52,028 bases of DNA, taken from the NCBI GenBank assembly GCA_003501335.1, contig DNPQ01000567.1:1-52028 (forward strand), in the 5' to 3' direction. The notes beneath the pieces were generated by a model that worked only from the letters and a program-made list of their open reading frames with translations, did not search any database and was not told the DNA's origin. Each line of letters starts with the position of its first letter. The first letter of the stretch is position 1. Below are positions 16,301-24,602 of this stretch, piece by piece. The stretch comes from Bacillota bacterium. Lineage in GTDB: Bacteria > Bacillota > UBA4882 > UBA8346. Both the position numbers and the translations under genes were made by a program.

Positions 16301-19300
16301 AGCGCCCATGATATCTCTTGCCAGCTGATCGCCTGATGAATAACCAAACGCATCGGCAATTGCTTCCCACCTGGCGATACCTTCATTAGTTATTTCCCCA
16401 TTTTGAAGATACCGTGAGGCCAAATCCTTAACATCCTTTTGCATCCCGAAAGTCTGTTTAATGGCTTCCATGACTTGATAAATGGGCGACTTGGCAACTT
16501 CTTCTTCGATAATGGGCGTAACCCGGTCCCGTTCGGCTTGAAGCAGTTCTTCATGACTTGGTTTTAGCTCGTCCATTTGGGGCTTTAAAAGAGCCTCCAC
16601 TGCCATTTCGTGGGCCTTGGTTTTAAGGTCCCGAAGCTTTTCGAGAGCATCCGAAGTGGCACTTTTCTCATCGATGAAGTCCATTAAATAACCGTCCGCT
16701 GCTTCCCGTTCCTGGATTTCATCCTCGGTCGCCAGCATTCGGTCCATAACGCCCCGGACCTCATCCGACAGTTGAACATTCAAACCGGATACACTTTTGT
16801 AAATCCGAGTTAACCAACGCCGGAAGGCGGCAAAGGCTTTCCTTAGACCTTCGCTGGGCGCTTTCCCCTCCATCAAATAAGACTCAAATCCTCGGGCAAA
16901 TTGTTCCTGCTGGTCAGTTGTAAGCTTGTCCTGATCGCCCTTAATCGCTAGCCAATTCGATAGTGTCTTCCAGTCCTTCATATAGTTTTCGTCAGCCTGT
17001 CCGGACTTTACATATTGAAAGGTGTCCTCTAAAAACAAGTGCGATGATTCATGTAAAAACGAGCTGGCATCAGCTTTTGAAAACAAAGTAATAATCGATT
17101 GGTCCGGATTAATTTGAACATTGGCTCGAGCATCCTGATAATATTTATTAATGACTTTTACGGCATTGTTGTCAAAAATAACATAATTATGAGATCCTTC
17201 ACCGTCTTTTCTGCTTGTAGCATCTAAATACTTGATTCCTGGAATGTCATGAAGGTTTAAATATTTTGAGGCTTTTTCTTTGGCTTCCTCTTCAAATAAA
17301 TCTTTTTCATTGATATAATAATCAACTAATTTGGTATATAAATCCTCACCGGTCATTGAATCATAATTTTTAAAAAGAGAGGGATATTCAGAAGCAATAC
17401 TTTGGATTCCTTTTTTTACTTTATCGCTTTGATCAGTTAAAGATTTATCCCAATCCAAAAAATCTTCTTCGTTTGGTGTTAATGATACTTCAAACAATTT
17501 ACCTTTGCTTGATTCTGGTGATTTAACATTATCTTTTATAAATTTTATTAACGAATCATCGATATCATAATGCTGTTTTATATATTCTTTTGAAGTATCA
17601 ACTACTTCAGCCAAAAAAGCTCCTAAATGTCCACCTAAATCCCCATTATCGCTGTTCCTGTTCCGTTCATATGTACTAATTAATTTATTAGCTTCATCAA
17701 AATGTTTATCATAAAAATCATCAAAATACTTTTCGTAATCTGGGAAATTGTGATCTTGGCTTAGTTCCTCTCTATACCAATCGGCTATTTCCTTTTTCCC
17801 CGCAAAATACAACCCCCAACCATAAGCCTGCTGTCCTTCACCACTTCCAATATGATCGAGCATAAACTTTTCAAAGTCATGGGGTGAACCATGCCAGGCG
17901 TTAGTCTGATATAATAAAGAACCCGGCTCTTTTGATTGAGTCGGGTTTATTGATTCTGAAGATCTTCTTTCGGGATTATTCTGACGTGAGTTATTTTCCC
18001 GAATTTCCCCTCCGCCTGCAATTTCGTAATGTAATCCGGGAGGTTGGTCCCCGCGGCTCGCAGGTCGAATACCTCCGGAGATTTGTTCTCGTTTGTTGTT
18101 TTCAAGGGCTGCGTCTGCTGATCTAAGTTCTTCGCCATGTCCGACACCGAAGGTCACTCCTTTTAACTTAATTTTTCGTCCGTTATTATCTTCTACTTCG
18201 ATTATACTATTGTCTAGAGCATTTTGCAATTTCTGGGATTTCGCTTGTGCTTCTTCCAATGAATTCGATTGAAACGTAAACTCATCCCCGCCAAGACGGA
18301 ACACAGGGCCAATATCAGCTTTTTGAGTCAAATCTGAAATTGCTTTTAGAACTTCATCCCCGGCTTCGTGCCCCATAGAATCATTAATGAACTTGAAGCC
18401 ATTTAGATCAAACATCGTTTGAAACGGTAACCTCGTTTCAGGATTAGACGTGGCCATTTCATAAGCTGCCCGATTATATAATCCGGTCAAACGGTCACTA
18501 TAAACAGCCTTTACCAGTTCCTCCGGTGTCATCTCTTTTACTTTGGCTTTGAGCTGATCATCAAAATTTATCTGTTGAGGAACTTTGCTTTGGTCAAAAG
18601 AAAAACCCTGGTTTTCACCAAGGTTCTTATTTAGTCCTGATTTTTTTTTCGCCTCGGATTTATTACCTCCGAGGTTTACCATTTCGCGTACATTTCCGGT
18701 ATCCGAATCATACGTTATAATACTGTCATAGCCTTCTTTTTTAATAGCGGCAGTTAGTTTCTTTCCGACCAAGCCCTTATACTTTTGGCTTAAATCAGTT
18801 TTCCATCCGCCATGCCCAGTAGTTTTATATTCCATGATAAGAGGATTTTCAAAACTGATGTTACCATATTCATAATTAGGTAAAGCAAACCCAGGAATCG
18901 GATTATCATTGAACCCCATGTATTCTCCGGTAGGCTCGATGTCTTGCCCAAATTGTGATCCCATATAAGGTGATTTTTCAAGATTACGATAATAAGGGAT
19001 GGTTTCTCCGTTTTTAATTCTTTCGATTTGAGTCATGTCAAGGTTATTCGATGATTGATTCAAATTTCCTTCTTGTCCTAACCTGTTATTACCCATTAAT
19101 CGATCAATCTTGCCTTTTAAATCATTTATCCCTTTAATTGTGTTTTCTAGTTGAATAAACTCATTGTTTCCGGGGATATTGTCCGTATCTTCTGAATATC
19201 CTTCTTTAAGTTGTTTAATAGCCAATTCCCGCAATTCTCTTTGCGAAGGTTTACGACCATTCTTGGTATAAAAATCCCGATACCATTTAGGGTTATTGCT

Positions 19301-21658
19301 CTGCCTCCCAATCCGATTAATCACATTACCCAATGCATCAGTAATTAAAGAACCTTGTTGAACTCCTTTTCCGCCAGATTCATTCAAGTATTTAATCTGT
19401 TCATTCAGGATTTTGTTATATTGTTCCTGGATTCCTTTTTGAATCTGTTCGACGGGCTTGTTTTGAGCGGCCAGAGTTTCAATAAAAGCTCTTTCGTTAT
19501 CATTTAGTTTTCCAAGTATATCGGGGCTGACTTGATTTGGCATAAAATCAACATTATAAATCTCCGGTTGCATCATCCCCATATATAATTCGAGTGGGTT
19601 TACTTGCCGCCGGGATCCTTCGGCTACCATCCGGGAAGCAAATACCTGGGCCGAATATTTAGCCTCTCTTTCACTTCGGCCGGCAGAAACCAATTTATCT
19701 TTGATATCGTTATAAATCGATTCATAATTGGTATTCTGTATCTTAGCTTGCTTTTGTTCTTCTTCAATGGCCTTTTTAACCCGTTCTTCTTCGACTGCAG
19801 CCTGATTCAAAGTAAGACCATCTGCACTAAATTTGATATCGCCTTCGAGTTTTTTATATATCGGAGTCTTGGCGGTCTTTTCCAGCCAAGTTGCATAGGG
19901 AATAGAAAGAGGCTTCCCGGTCTGGGTAGCCTCTTGTAATTGGTCGTTGATTCCTAATTCCTTGGCAACCTCCTGAACAACCAACCCCGGGTCGGTCCCT
20001 TCCGGAGCCATCGACTGCATGAGGGCAACAAAGGGTTCAGGATCAATATAAATGTTTTCGAGTTTTCCCCCTTGGGTACTGGCTTCCACAAGAGTGCGCC
20101 AGGCTTCCGGCAATCTATCTAGATACTTAGACTTTGCGGCCATCTCGCCGGTTTTCTTATAAATATCCGCATTATCTTTGGCTTCATTAATAGCAGCGTT
20201 GGTTTCGGCGTGGGGAGTCTCTGGCTGCGCCAAATTATTTAACGCAATAACCTGACTTCGGTTCGGGGTCCTTCCAGTCTCAATAATAGCCTGCGCCATT
20301 TGGTGGGCATGACTTGAAAAAGGCAATCCCATGGCATGCATTACCGTAGTCATGGCAAAAGCGCCATAAGCGTCTGATTCCGCTTGGGGTACGCTAATAA
20401 CGCCGTTATCTCCAAAGAAAGGCATATCCGGTTGGTAAAGAGTTTTTTTGACCGCCTGAGTTAATGGGGTTGTAATAACTTCTTGGACTGTTTCTTCCGC
20501 AGTATTCTTTAAAAAATCCCATCCGGCTTTTCCAAACTCTTTGACAATATTCTTAATCCCAGCCTGTACAATTTCCTTCGAGCCGGTCATAGCGATATAG
20601 TCCCGGACAAAAGGCAGCTCCGTAACCATTTCAACACTACCGCCATATAAACCATAAGCGGCCTGTTGAGATACGCTAGCCCCCTCTTGTTTCGCTTGTT
20701 CAGCATATTGACCGACAGACTGCACGCCAAAGGGAATCATATCTTTTATTGATTTCAGTAATAAAGAAGCTTCCCCGCCTAATGTTGGAGCCTCTGCCGC
20801 CCCTCCGGTCATAGCACCCATCAGCACAGTGGGCACCATATTGACAGTTGCCGAACCACCTATATAGGCTAATTTCTTTACACCTTTCATTGCCTGGCTT
20901 TCTTGTTCGGCAGTATCCATAACGGCTTGACTTTCAGCGCTCCGTTCATTCAACCATTTAACGACACTGTTATTTGATCCAAAAATTGCTTCAATAGGCA
21001 AACGACCTAAACCATACATCCCCTGATTAAATTGGGCGGCCCCGGAATAGGCCATCTGTTTCACTGTTTCCCACCAAGAAGGTTGCCTGGAACCAATCGT
21101 TGTATTTTTATATTTATAGTCTGGCCCAATAGTAGAACCGGGATATACTTGTTTGATATTCTGAAAGTGCTGCTCTTGTGTCGCTAATTCCGGAATCAAA
21201 TCTTTTGCAGTGGCCATATTCTTGGGATCGCTCAAAAACTGTGAGAGCGTCGGATACTGTTTTGCAATGCCATCCCAATCTATGGAAGAACTCTTTTTAT
21301 TATTGAACGCCTCCGCTACCTGCTCCCGCATATCAGGATCAGTCATAAAATATTCAGCGGGAATGCTTAAATCATTGGACATCTTAACATCTTTAACCGC
21401 CTGGTCTGGCGTAGTCTGTTCAGCAACCATAGCGGATTGCCGCAAACTATTGGCAGTATCTTCACCCATATTTCTGACTTCGGGGGGAATATAATTATTG
21501 CTATCCGGTTTGATCGCAAATTCATCTAATACTTCATTAGTTTCTGCCCCGGTTAAAGGTGCCGATTTAGATGCAGTGCTGGGGCTAACATAACTATTTG
21601 TCCCAAACTCTTTATTGAATTGGTCCTGTTCATCTTCTGTTAAGGGAATACCCGGCAT
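13397..21658 (-). CDS. Giant internal-virion/ejection 'polyvalent' protein (~2750 aa) with GGDEF, ART-like and HExxH modules
   Basis: One uninterrupted ORF in the T7 gp16 position. ATG at 21658 (SD gaggtg 6 nt upstream) is preferred to the track's GTG at 21667. It contains hydrophobic segments, a GGDEF domain, a PARP-like HGS/GLYFA block, an HESSH motif and long helical regions. Confidence 0.85.
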   Translation of the reverse strand: MPGIPLTEDEQDQFNKEFGTNSYVSPSTASKSAPLTGAETNEVLDEFAIKPDSNNYIPPEVRNMGEDTANSLRQSAMVAEQTTPDQAVKDVKMSNDLSIPAEYFMTDPDMREQVAEAFNNKKSSSIDWDGIAKQYPTLSQFLSDPKNMATAKDLIPELATQEQHFQNIKQVYPGSTIGPDYKYKNTTIGSRQPSWWETVKQMAYSGAAQFNQGMYGLGRLPIEAIFGSNNSVVKWLNERSAESQAVMDTAEQESQAMKGVKKLAYIGGSATVNMVPTVLMGAMTGGAAEAPTLGGEASLLLKSIKDMIPFGVQSVGQYAEQAKQEGASVSQQAAYGLYGGSVEMVTELPFVRDYIAMTGSKEIVQAGIKNIVKEFGKAGWDFLKNTAEETVQEVITTPLTQAVKKTLYQPDMPFFGDNGVISVPQAESDAYGAFAMTTVMHAMGLPFSSHAHQMAQAIIETGRTPNRSQVIALNNLAQPETPHAETNAAINEAKDNADIYKKTGEMAAKSKYLDRLPEAWRTLVEASTQGGKLENIYIDPEPFVALMQSMAPEGTDPGLVVQEVAKELGINDQLQEATQTGKPLSIPYATWLEKTAKTPIYKKLEGDIKFSADGLTLNQAAVEEERVKKAIEEEQKQAKIQNTNYESIYNDIKDKLVSAGRSEREAKYSAQVFASRMVAEGSRRQVNPLELYMGMMQPEIYNVDFMPNQVSPDILGKLNDNERAFIETLAAQNKPVEQIQKGIQEQYNKILNEQIKYLNESGGKGVQQGSLITDALGNVINRIGRQSNNPKWYRDFYTKNGRKPSQRELRELAIKQLKEGYSEDTDNIPGNNEFIQLENTIKGINDLKGKIDRLMGNNRLGQEGNLNQSSNNLDMTQIERIKNGETIPYYRNLEKSPYMGSQFGQDIEPTGEYMGFNDNPIPGFALPNYEYGNISFENPLIMEYKTTGHGGWKTDLSQKYKGLVGKKLTAAIKKEGYDSIITYDSDTGNVREMVNLGGNKSEAKKKSGLNKNLGENQGFSFDQSKVPQQINFDDQLKAKVKEMTPEELVKAVYSDRLTGLYNRAAYEMATSNPETRLPFQTMFDLNGFKFINDSMGHEAGDEVLKAISDLTQKADIGPVFRLGGDEFTFQSNSLEEAQAKSQKLQNALDNSIIEVEDNNGRKIKLKGVTFGVGHGEELRSADAALENNKREQISGGIRPASRGDQPPGLHYEIAGGGEIRENNSRQNNPERRSSESINPTQSKEPGSLLYQTNAWHGSPHDFEKFMLDHIGSGEGQQAYGWGLYFAGKKEIADWYREELSQDHNFPDYEKYFDDFYDKHFDEANKLISTYERNRNSDNGDLGGHLGAFLAEVVDTSKEYIKQHYDIDDSLIKFIKDNVKSPESSKGKLFEVSLTPNEEDFLDWDKSLTDQSDKVKKGIQSIASEYPSLFKNYDSMTGEDLYTKLVDYYINEKDLFEEEAKEKASKYLNLHDIPGIKYLDATSRKDGEGSHNYVIFDNNAVKVINKYYQDARANVQINPDQSIITLFSKADASSFLHESSHLFLEDTFQYVKSGQADENYMKDWKTLSNWLAIKGDQDKLTTDQQEQFARGFESYLMEGKAPSEGLRKAFAAFRRWLTRIYKSVSGLNVQLSDEVRGVMDRMLATEDEIQEREAADGYLMDFIDEKSATSDALEKLRDLKTKAHEMAVEALLKPQMDELKPSHEELLQAERDRVTPIIEEEVAKSPIYQVMEAIKQTFGMQKDVKDLASRYLQNGEITNEGIARWEAIADAFGYSSGDQLARDIMGARNFSEEVNDRLAVHMSQFGELKDSPQELQFMAERALHNDEQLSALAMEREMLTDLIHQENAKANKKQWNMQRARIAAEAARRYAKTTIADKNYREAAAATAYFAAERNAAVKESQSYAKKDIRTAAQYADQRMLNHALAMEALKVRQEVDRAFKYIEKWQKNKRPEIAKEHLGQIDHILGRFGLQGPNAVTQEEPLADWIKAREEYDEAAIPDFIADETIQKPYKDLTLSELRDVVDAIKNIDTVARNEKKLLTDEQQRNLDLIIEDMVGSMQQNKRLFPQNYDPNKAPGEMTKHWGRGFVASHQKVEWIARALDGYKDQGPAWHYIVLPMLRGLDKEYKMRREAGEKLTDIIRNYYGNDTSQLARKKISIKGTEDLFPRGLTKENVLAMALNWGNEGNRQRLVDSYYDTENQENLASEDMFQDIFDQVLDKNDWDFVQNVWDFIDSYWPQIAQDKKTRTGVEPIKIEASIVNTKYGDYRGGYYPVVYDPSKNEKAFRQAEEESIKELFNLSYLKPSTRRGFEKQRVQAVVGRPLDLHLSVIDNHLATVIHSVSFSNGIRDVDKVLNSGRVTKVIKETMSDEVYKQFRPWLQGIARDNKDMATVGPWAFAENILRRARIGSSVVNMGIKFTTAFSQLAGIIPVMERIGPTRTLGGVLDFYYKAMTGKAGEEINFVFGKSEMMKNRMNNRDRDIRDATRRMIDSGTYDEIKDTYFALTGLFDYAVTMPSWIQAYNQHIGQQMKSGKEINDEMAIRYADQVVRDTQGSGDIVNMAGIQRGSEWYKALTQFYSYFSVYANRQIEAFQRAKRNGEYGQLISFAAYWWFMPALVSELLSGRWGGGGDDDDDTVKWLLSTILKYPAGAFVLARDAISPAIDKMFGTGRGDVDLVPSADAFAKATQFLGMLPGTIQGDIKPEKLLKSGFEAGGYWLHYPSKQISTTVGNIYDSMVNGEDFYLRDLVFPKPGNRR

Positions 21659-21671
21659 TCTTATCACCTCA

Positions 21672-23297
21672 TTATGGGTTATATTTCATTAAGTTACCGT
21701 TTTCGTCTCGGTAAACCCAGGCACTAAGTTTTTTCGACCATTGAGCATCCGGGGGAATATTAAACCTGTGATCTGTTTTATTGCCTCCTAATGGCCCTAA
21801 TTTCCATTTACCAGTTATGGTCTTAGTTAAAGCATCCTGTAGTATTTTGTCCTTTTCTTCCGATGTTGGGGGACGTTTATTCTTAAATTGAAAATCGCCT
21901 GCAACCCCTGAAACATAGTCCCAAAACTTAGCCTGCTGGTCACTGTCTTTAATACCACTCTTTTTCAATAATGCCGCCCCATCTGTGGCTAAATTAAATT
22001 TGTTGTAGGGTGAAGTACCGACCGTCCCCATAGAATCCATGGCCTTCCAAAATGTTTTCATATCGTCGAAACTGATCCGGCTTCCATATTCCTTAAGCAT
22101 CTCTTGTCTATTGGCAATTTTTCCGGCTTTGATTTTATCGTATAGTTCATACCAGGCTGCCGGATCCGTTTTTATCCCCTGGCCCGCTTTGGTGAGTTCC
22201 GGATAAAGCTGCTTGGCAATTGTGAGCAAACTTGTTTTTACCTGTAATTGGTCAGCGGTCTTTTGCGGCAGGGTATTAATGTATTTTACTGCCGTCAACC
22301 CGTTCCCGGCTCCTTCAACATTCTTATAATAATAATCAATTTGGGTATTAATAGTAGCCCGTTTTTCTTGTTCACGCAAATTATAGGTCGAATGATAGGT
22401 ATCCAGTAATTCTTTTTGCTTTTCCGGCGTTAAACTAAGATTTTTGATATACTTATCACCCGAGGCTAGGTTTTCGCCATATTTTTTGAGTAAATCATCT
22501 GATATTGTTGTTTGTTTGGCACCCCAGTCACCGGCATCAATTTTAGTTTTAATGGTATCGGCGACATCACCCGGCAGATAATCTTTGACTTTATCAAATA
22601 ACCCCTGGGCTCCCTTATAATCTTCCTTTTGGAACAATGATTCAAAGGCCTTTAAAGCCGCTGCGCCGGAAGACGCCTGTTGATTAAATTTAATACTATC
22701 CGGTGTATCTCCGTTATAATCCCCCGTTACCTTGACAATGGCGTTGATGTTTGCAATGGAATCTACCAACGAATACGGGTTACTTGCAGCATCTTTGATT
22801 TTCTGATTGATATTATCCTGCGTGGTTTGTTCCCGGCTGGCCTGCCCTTGCTGCGCCTCATGCCTGACTACCATATTCATATTGGAATCGTACATGCTTT
22901 TATAAAGCTGATCAAACTGGGTTTGTTGCTCTTCCCCCGGTACCATCCGGGAATATTTTTGCCGGATCTGTTCAATCTGATCTTTAAAATCTTGGGTTAC
23001 GCCGTTGGCGTTTGCTAAAGTCCGGTTCATAATTCCCACTGGACGGCCATTTTCATCAGTGTCCTGACTATATAAAACGCCATCAATTTCTTGCCGCATT
23101 TGAGTTTCGGCTTCAAGAACTTTCTGAGTATCTTTCTGTTGTTGGAGCTCCTTTGCTCGTTGTTGAAGAAGCTGACCAATATTTGAAGTCGTTTGCCCTA
23201 ATTGCTGGTTTGCTTGGGCGATATTTACACCAAAGGCATCCGGATTCGGATTAATTGGTTGGATTTGTGCTTGACGTTCATAAACAGGTACTTGCAT
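21672..23297 (-). CDS. Internal virion protein (T7 gp15 position)
   Basis: About 541 aa, Gln-rich and helical, lying between the gp14-like gene and the giant gene. ATG at 23297 with SD aaggggtga is preferred to GTG at 23306. Confidence 0.45.
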   Translation of the reverse strand: MQVPVYERQAQIQPINPNPDAFGVNIAQANQQLGQTTSNIGQLLQQRAKELQQQKDTQKVLEAETQMRQEIDGVLYSQDTDENGRPVGIMNRTLANANGVTQDFKDQIEQIRQKYSRMVPGEEQQTQFDQLYKSMYDSNMNMVVRHEAQQGQASREQTTQDNINQKIKDAASNPYSLVDSIANINAIVKVTGDYNGDTPDSIKFNQQASSGAAALKAFESLFQKEDYKGAQGLFDKVKDYLPGDVADTIKTKIDAGDWGAKQTTISDDLLKKYGENLASGDKYIKNLSLTPEKQKELLDTYHSTYNLREQEKRATINTQIDYYYKNVEGAGNGLTAVKYINTLPQKTADQLQVKTSLLTIAKQLYPELTKAGQGIKTDPAAWYELYDKIKAGKIANRQEMLKEYGSRISFDDMKTFWKAMDSMGTVGTSPYNKFNLATDGAALLKKSGIKDSDQQAKFWDYVSGVAGDFQFKNKRPPTSEEKDKILQDALTKTITGKWKLGPLGGNKTDHRFNIPPDAQWSKKLSAWVYRDENGNLMKYNP

Positions 23298-23309
23298 AAA
23301 GATCACCCC

Positions 23310-23873
23310 TTAATCGCGGTAAATTCCAGGCGCTTGATACTTCGACTTTCTTGTAATATAAGCCGTCGTTTCGTCATCATAATCATTGACACCCTTAGTA
23401 CTGCTTGTTTTCCCTTTGCTTGTCTTTGCCCATTGATTCCAGCTATCCGCCACTTGGGTTGCCGTACCCATTAAAGTATTCGCCGCATTAATCTTCGATG
23501 CAGTTCTGGCGTTCTTTCCCGCTTGTCTTGCCTGGAAAGCGTTAACATTTGCGTTATACTTAATCAACAATTCATCCAAAGAGGATTTCTCCAACGTATC
23601 ATAGGAAATATCTTCGGCAGTAGCAGAATCTAACGCCATCCCGTTCGCCGCCATAGCCGCCTGCTGTGAGGCAAGGGTCTGCTGTCCTTGTTTCTTAACT
23701 GCTTTTGCCTGTTCATCTCCTTGCTGCAATATCTGATCGGCTTGGAAATTATTCATATCCTGCTGCATCTGGCCCTGTTGCAATTGAGAATAGGCGCTAT
23801 AAAATCCACCTATCATATTGGCTGCCGACCCAATGCCCTGCAACGTTCCAGTATTTGTAAAAACGCCTCCCAT
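23310..23873 (-). CDS. Internal virion protein (T7 gp14 position), rich in Gln, Ala and Gly
   Basis: 187 aa of low-complexity sequence (GGFYSAYSQLQQGQMQQDMNNFQADQILQQG). SD taggagg lies upstream. The assignment rests on gene order. Confidence 0.45.
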   Translation of the reverse strand: MGGVFTNTGTLQGIGSAANMIGGFYSAYSQLQQGQMQQDMNNFQADQILQQGDEQAKAVKKQGQQTLASQQAAMAANGMALDSATAEDISYDTLEKSSLDELLIKYNANVNAFQARQAGKNARTASKINAANTLMGTATQVADSWNQWAKTSKGKTSSTKGVNDYDDETTAYITRKSKYQAPGIYRD

Positions 23874-23875
23874 AT

Positions 23876-24334
23876 TCAGCGCCTCCTAATTTCGAAATGA
23901 AAAAAATCAATCCCGTTAATCTTGGTCATCAAGTCAAACTTAGCGCCTAACCATTTTAACCAACGGATTGATTTGGTATAGCGGCCATCCACCCAGTTTT
24001 CTAGAACCGGGTACTCCTTTAGAAATAAATCAAGATACGGAATACAAAGTTTTTTGATGAATGATACTTTCATCCGTTCTATTTCTTCACTGCCCAGCAG
24101 CCAGACGGTTGCTGTCTGCCCAAAAAGAGATTTTGGAGCGGCCCCAAACATGGCAATTACCCTTTCGTTCAGTAACAGCGAGTATCGGAATGAAGATAAT
24201 TTAAAGGAAGTTGCCAATGCTTCTTCCGGATCCGGTGCTCCCATCGTCAATACTTCCAATTTATCAGGCTCCCGTATAGAAGGCGATAACGCTGAAGTGT
24301 CTTCGAGAGCTGCTTCTCTAATTACAATATCCAT
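23876..24334 (-). CDS. T7 gp13-position protein, possibly DUF2833/GNAT-fold-like
   Basis: 152 aa. The N-terminal IREAALEDTSAL…IREPDKLEV, mid-sequence AMFG, and C-terminal SIRWLKWLGAKF resemble the acetyltransferase-fold 'internal virion protein A' family, as far as I remember it. Confidence 0.4.
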   Translation of the reverse strand: MDIVIREAALEDTSALSPSIREPDKLEVLTMGAPDPEEALATSFKLSSFRYSLLLNERVIAMFGAAPKSLFGQTATVWLLGSEEIERMKVSFIKKLCIPYLDLFLKEYPVLENWVDGRYTKSIRWLKWLGAKFDLMTKINGIDFFHFEIRRR

Positions 24335-24346
24335 TTCTTTTCCTTT

Positions 24347-24598
24347 TTAATGTTCCTCCGGTTCCGGCCTGCAAATAAAGTCATCATTTTCGGCCAAAGT
24401 ATGCAGAGTATGTTCTTGTATAGCAGCCAAGGCTGCAGCGCTCATGAATGTATCACAATCATAAACGGTCATTGTTGACCCATCGCTTTTGACATTGCAA
24501 ATAAAAAGATAATTGTCGATATCATTGAAATTATCTTCAATCCACTTTATTAAGGCTGTTTTTGCCTCCGGATAAATCCGTTTCACGTTATTTTCCAA
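24347..24598 (-). CDS. Hypothetical virion-module protein (83 aa)
   Basis: TTG start with SD gggaggg 7 nt upstream. It is tightly packed between the tail tube B gene and the gp13-like gene. Confidence 0.5.
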   Translation of the reverse strand: MENNVKRIYPEAKTALIKWIEDNFNDIDNYLFICNVKSDGSTMTVYDCDTFMSAAALAAIQEHTLHTLAENDDFICRPEPEEH

Positions 24599-24602
24599 CT
24601 TA

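Noticed and set aside
13732-21494. Numerous 60-111-aa ORFs on both strands inside the giant gene (e.g. 13889..14119, 15326..15613, 19604..19939, 21210..21494)
   Set aside because: They are shadow frames of an 8.2-kb continuous ORF with clear domain content. They have no SDs and their composition looks non-protein-like.
13397-21667. Giant ORF as a virion RNA polymerase (N4 vRNAP-like or crAss-like)
   Set aside because: I could not find T7-like polymerase motifs or DxDxD double-psi beta-barrel motifs. Instead GGDEF, ART-like and HExxH modules and a gp16-like position are evident.
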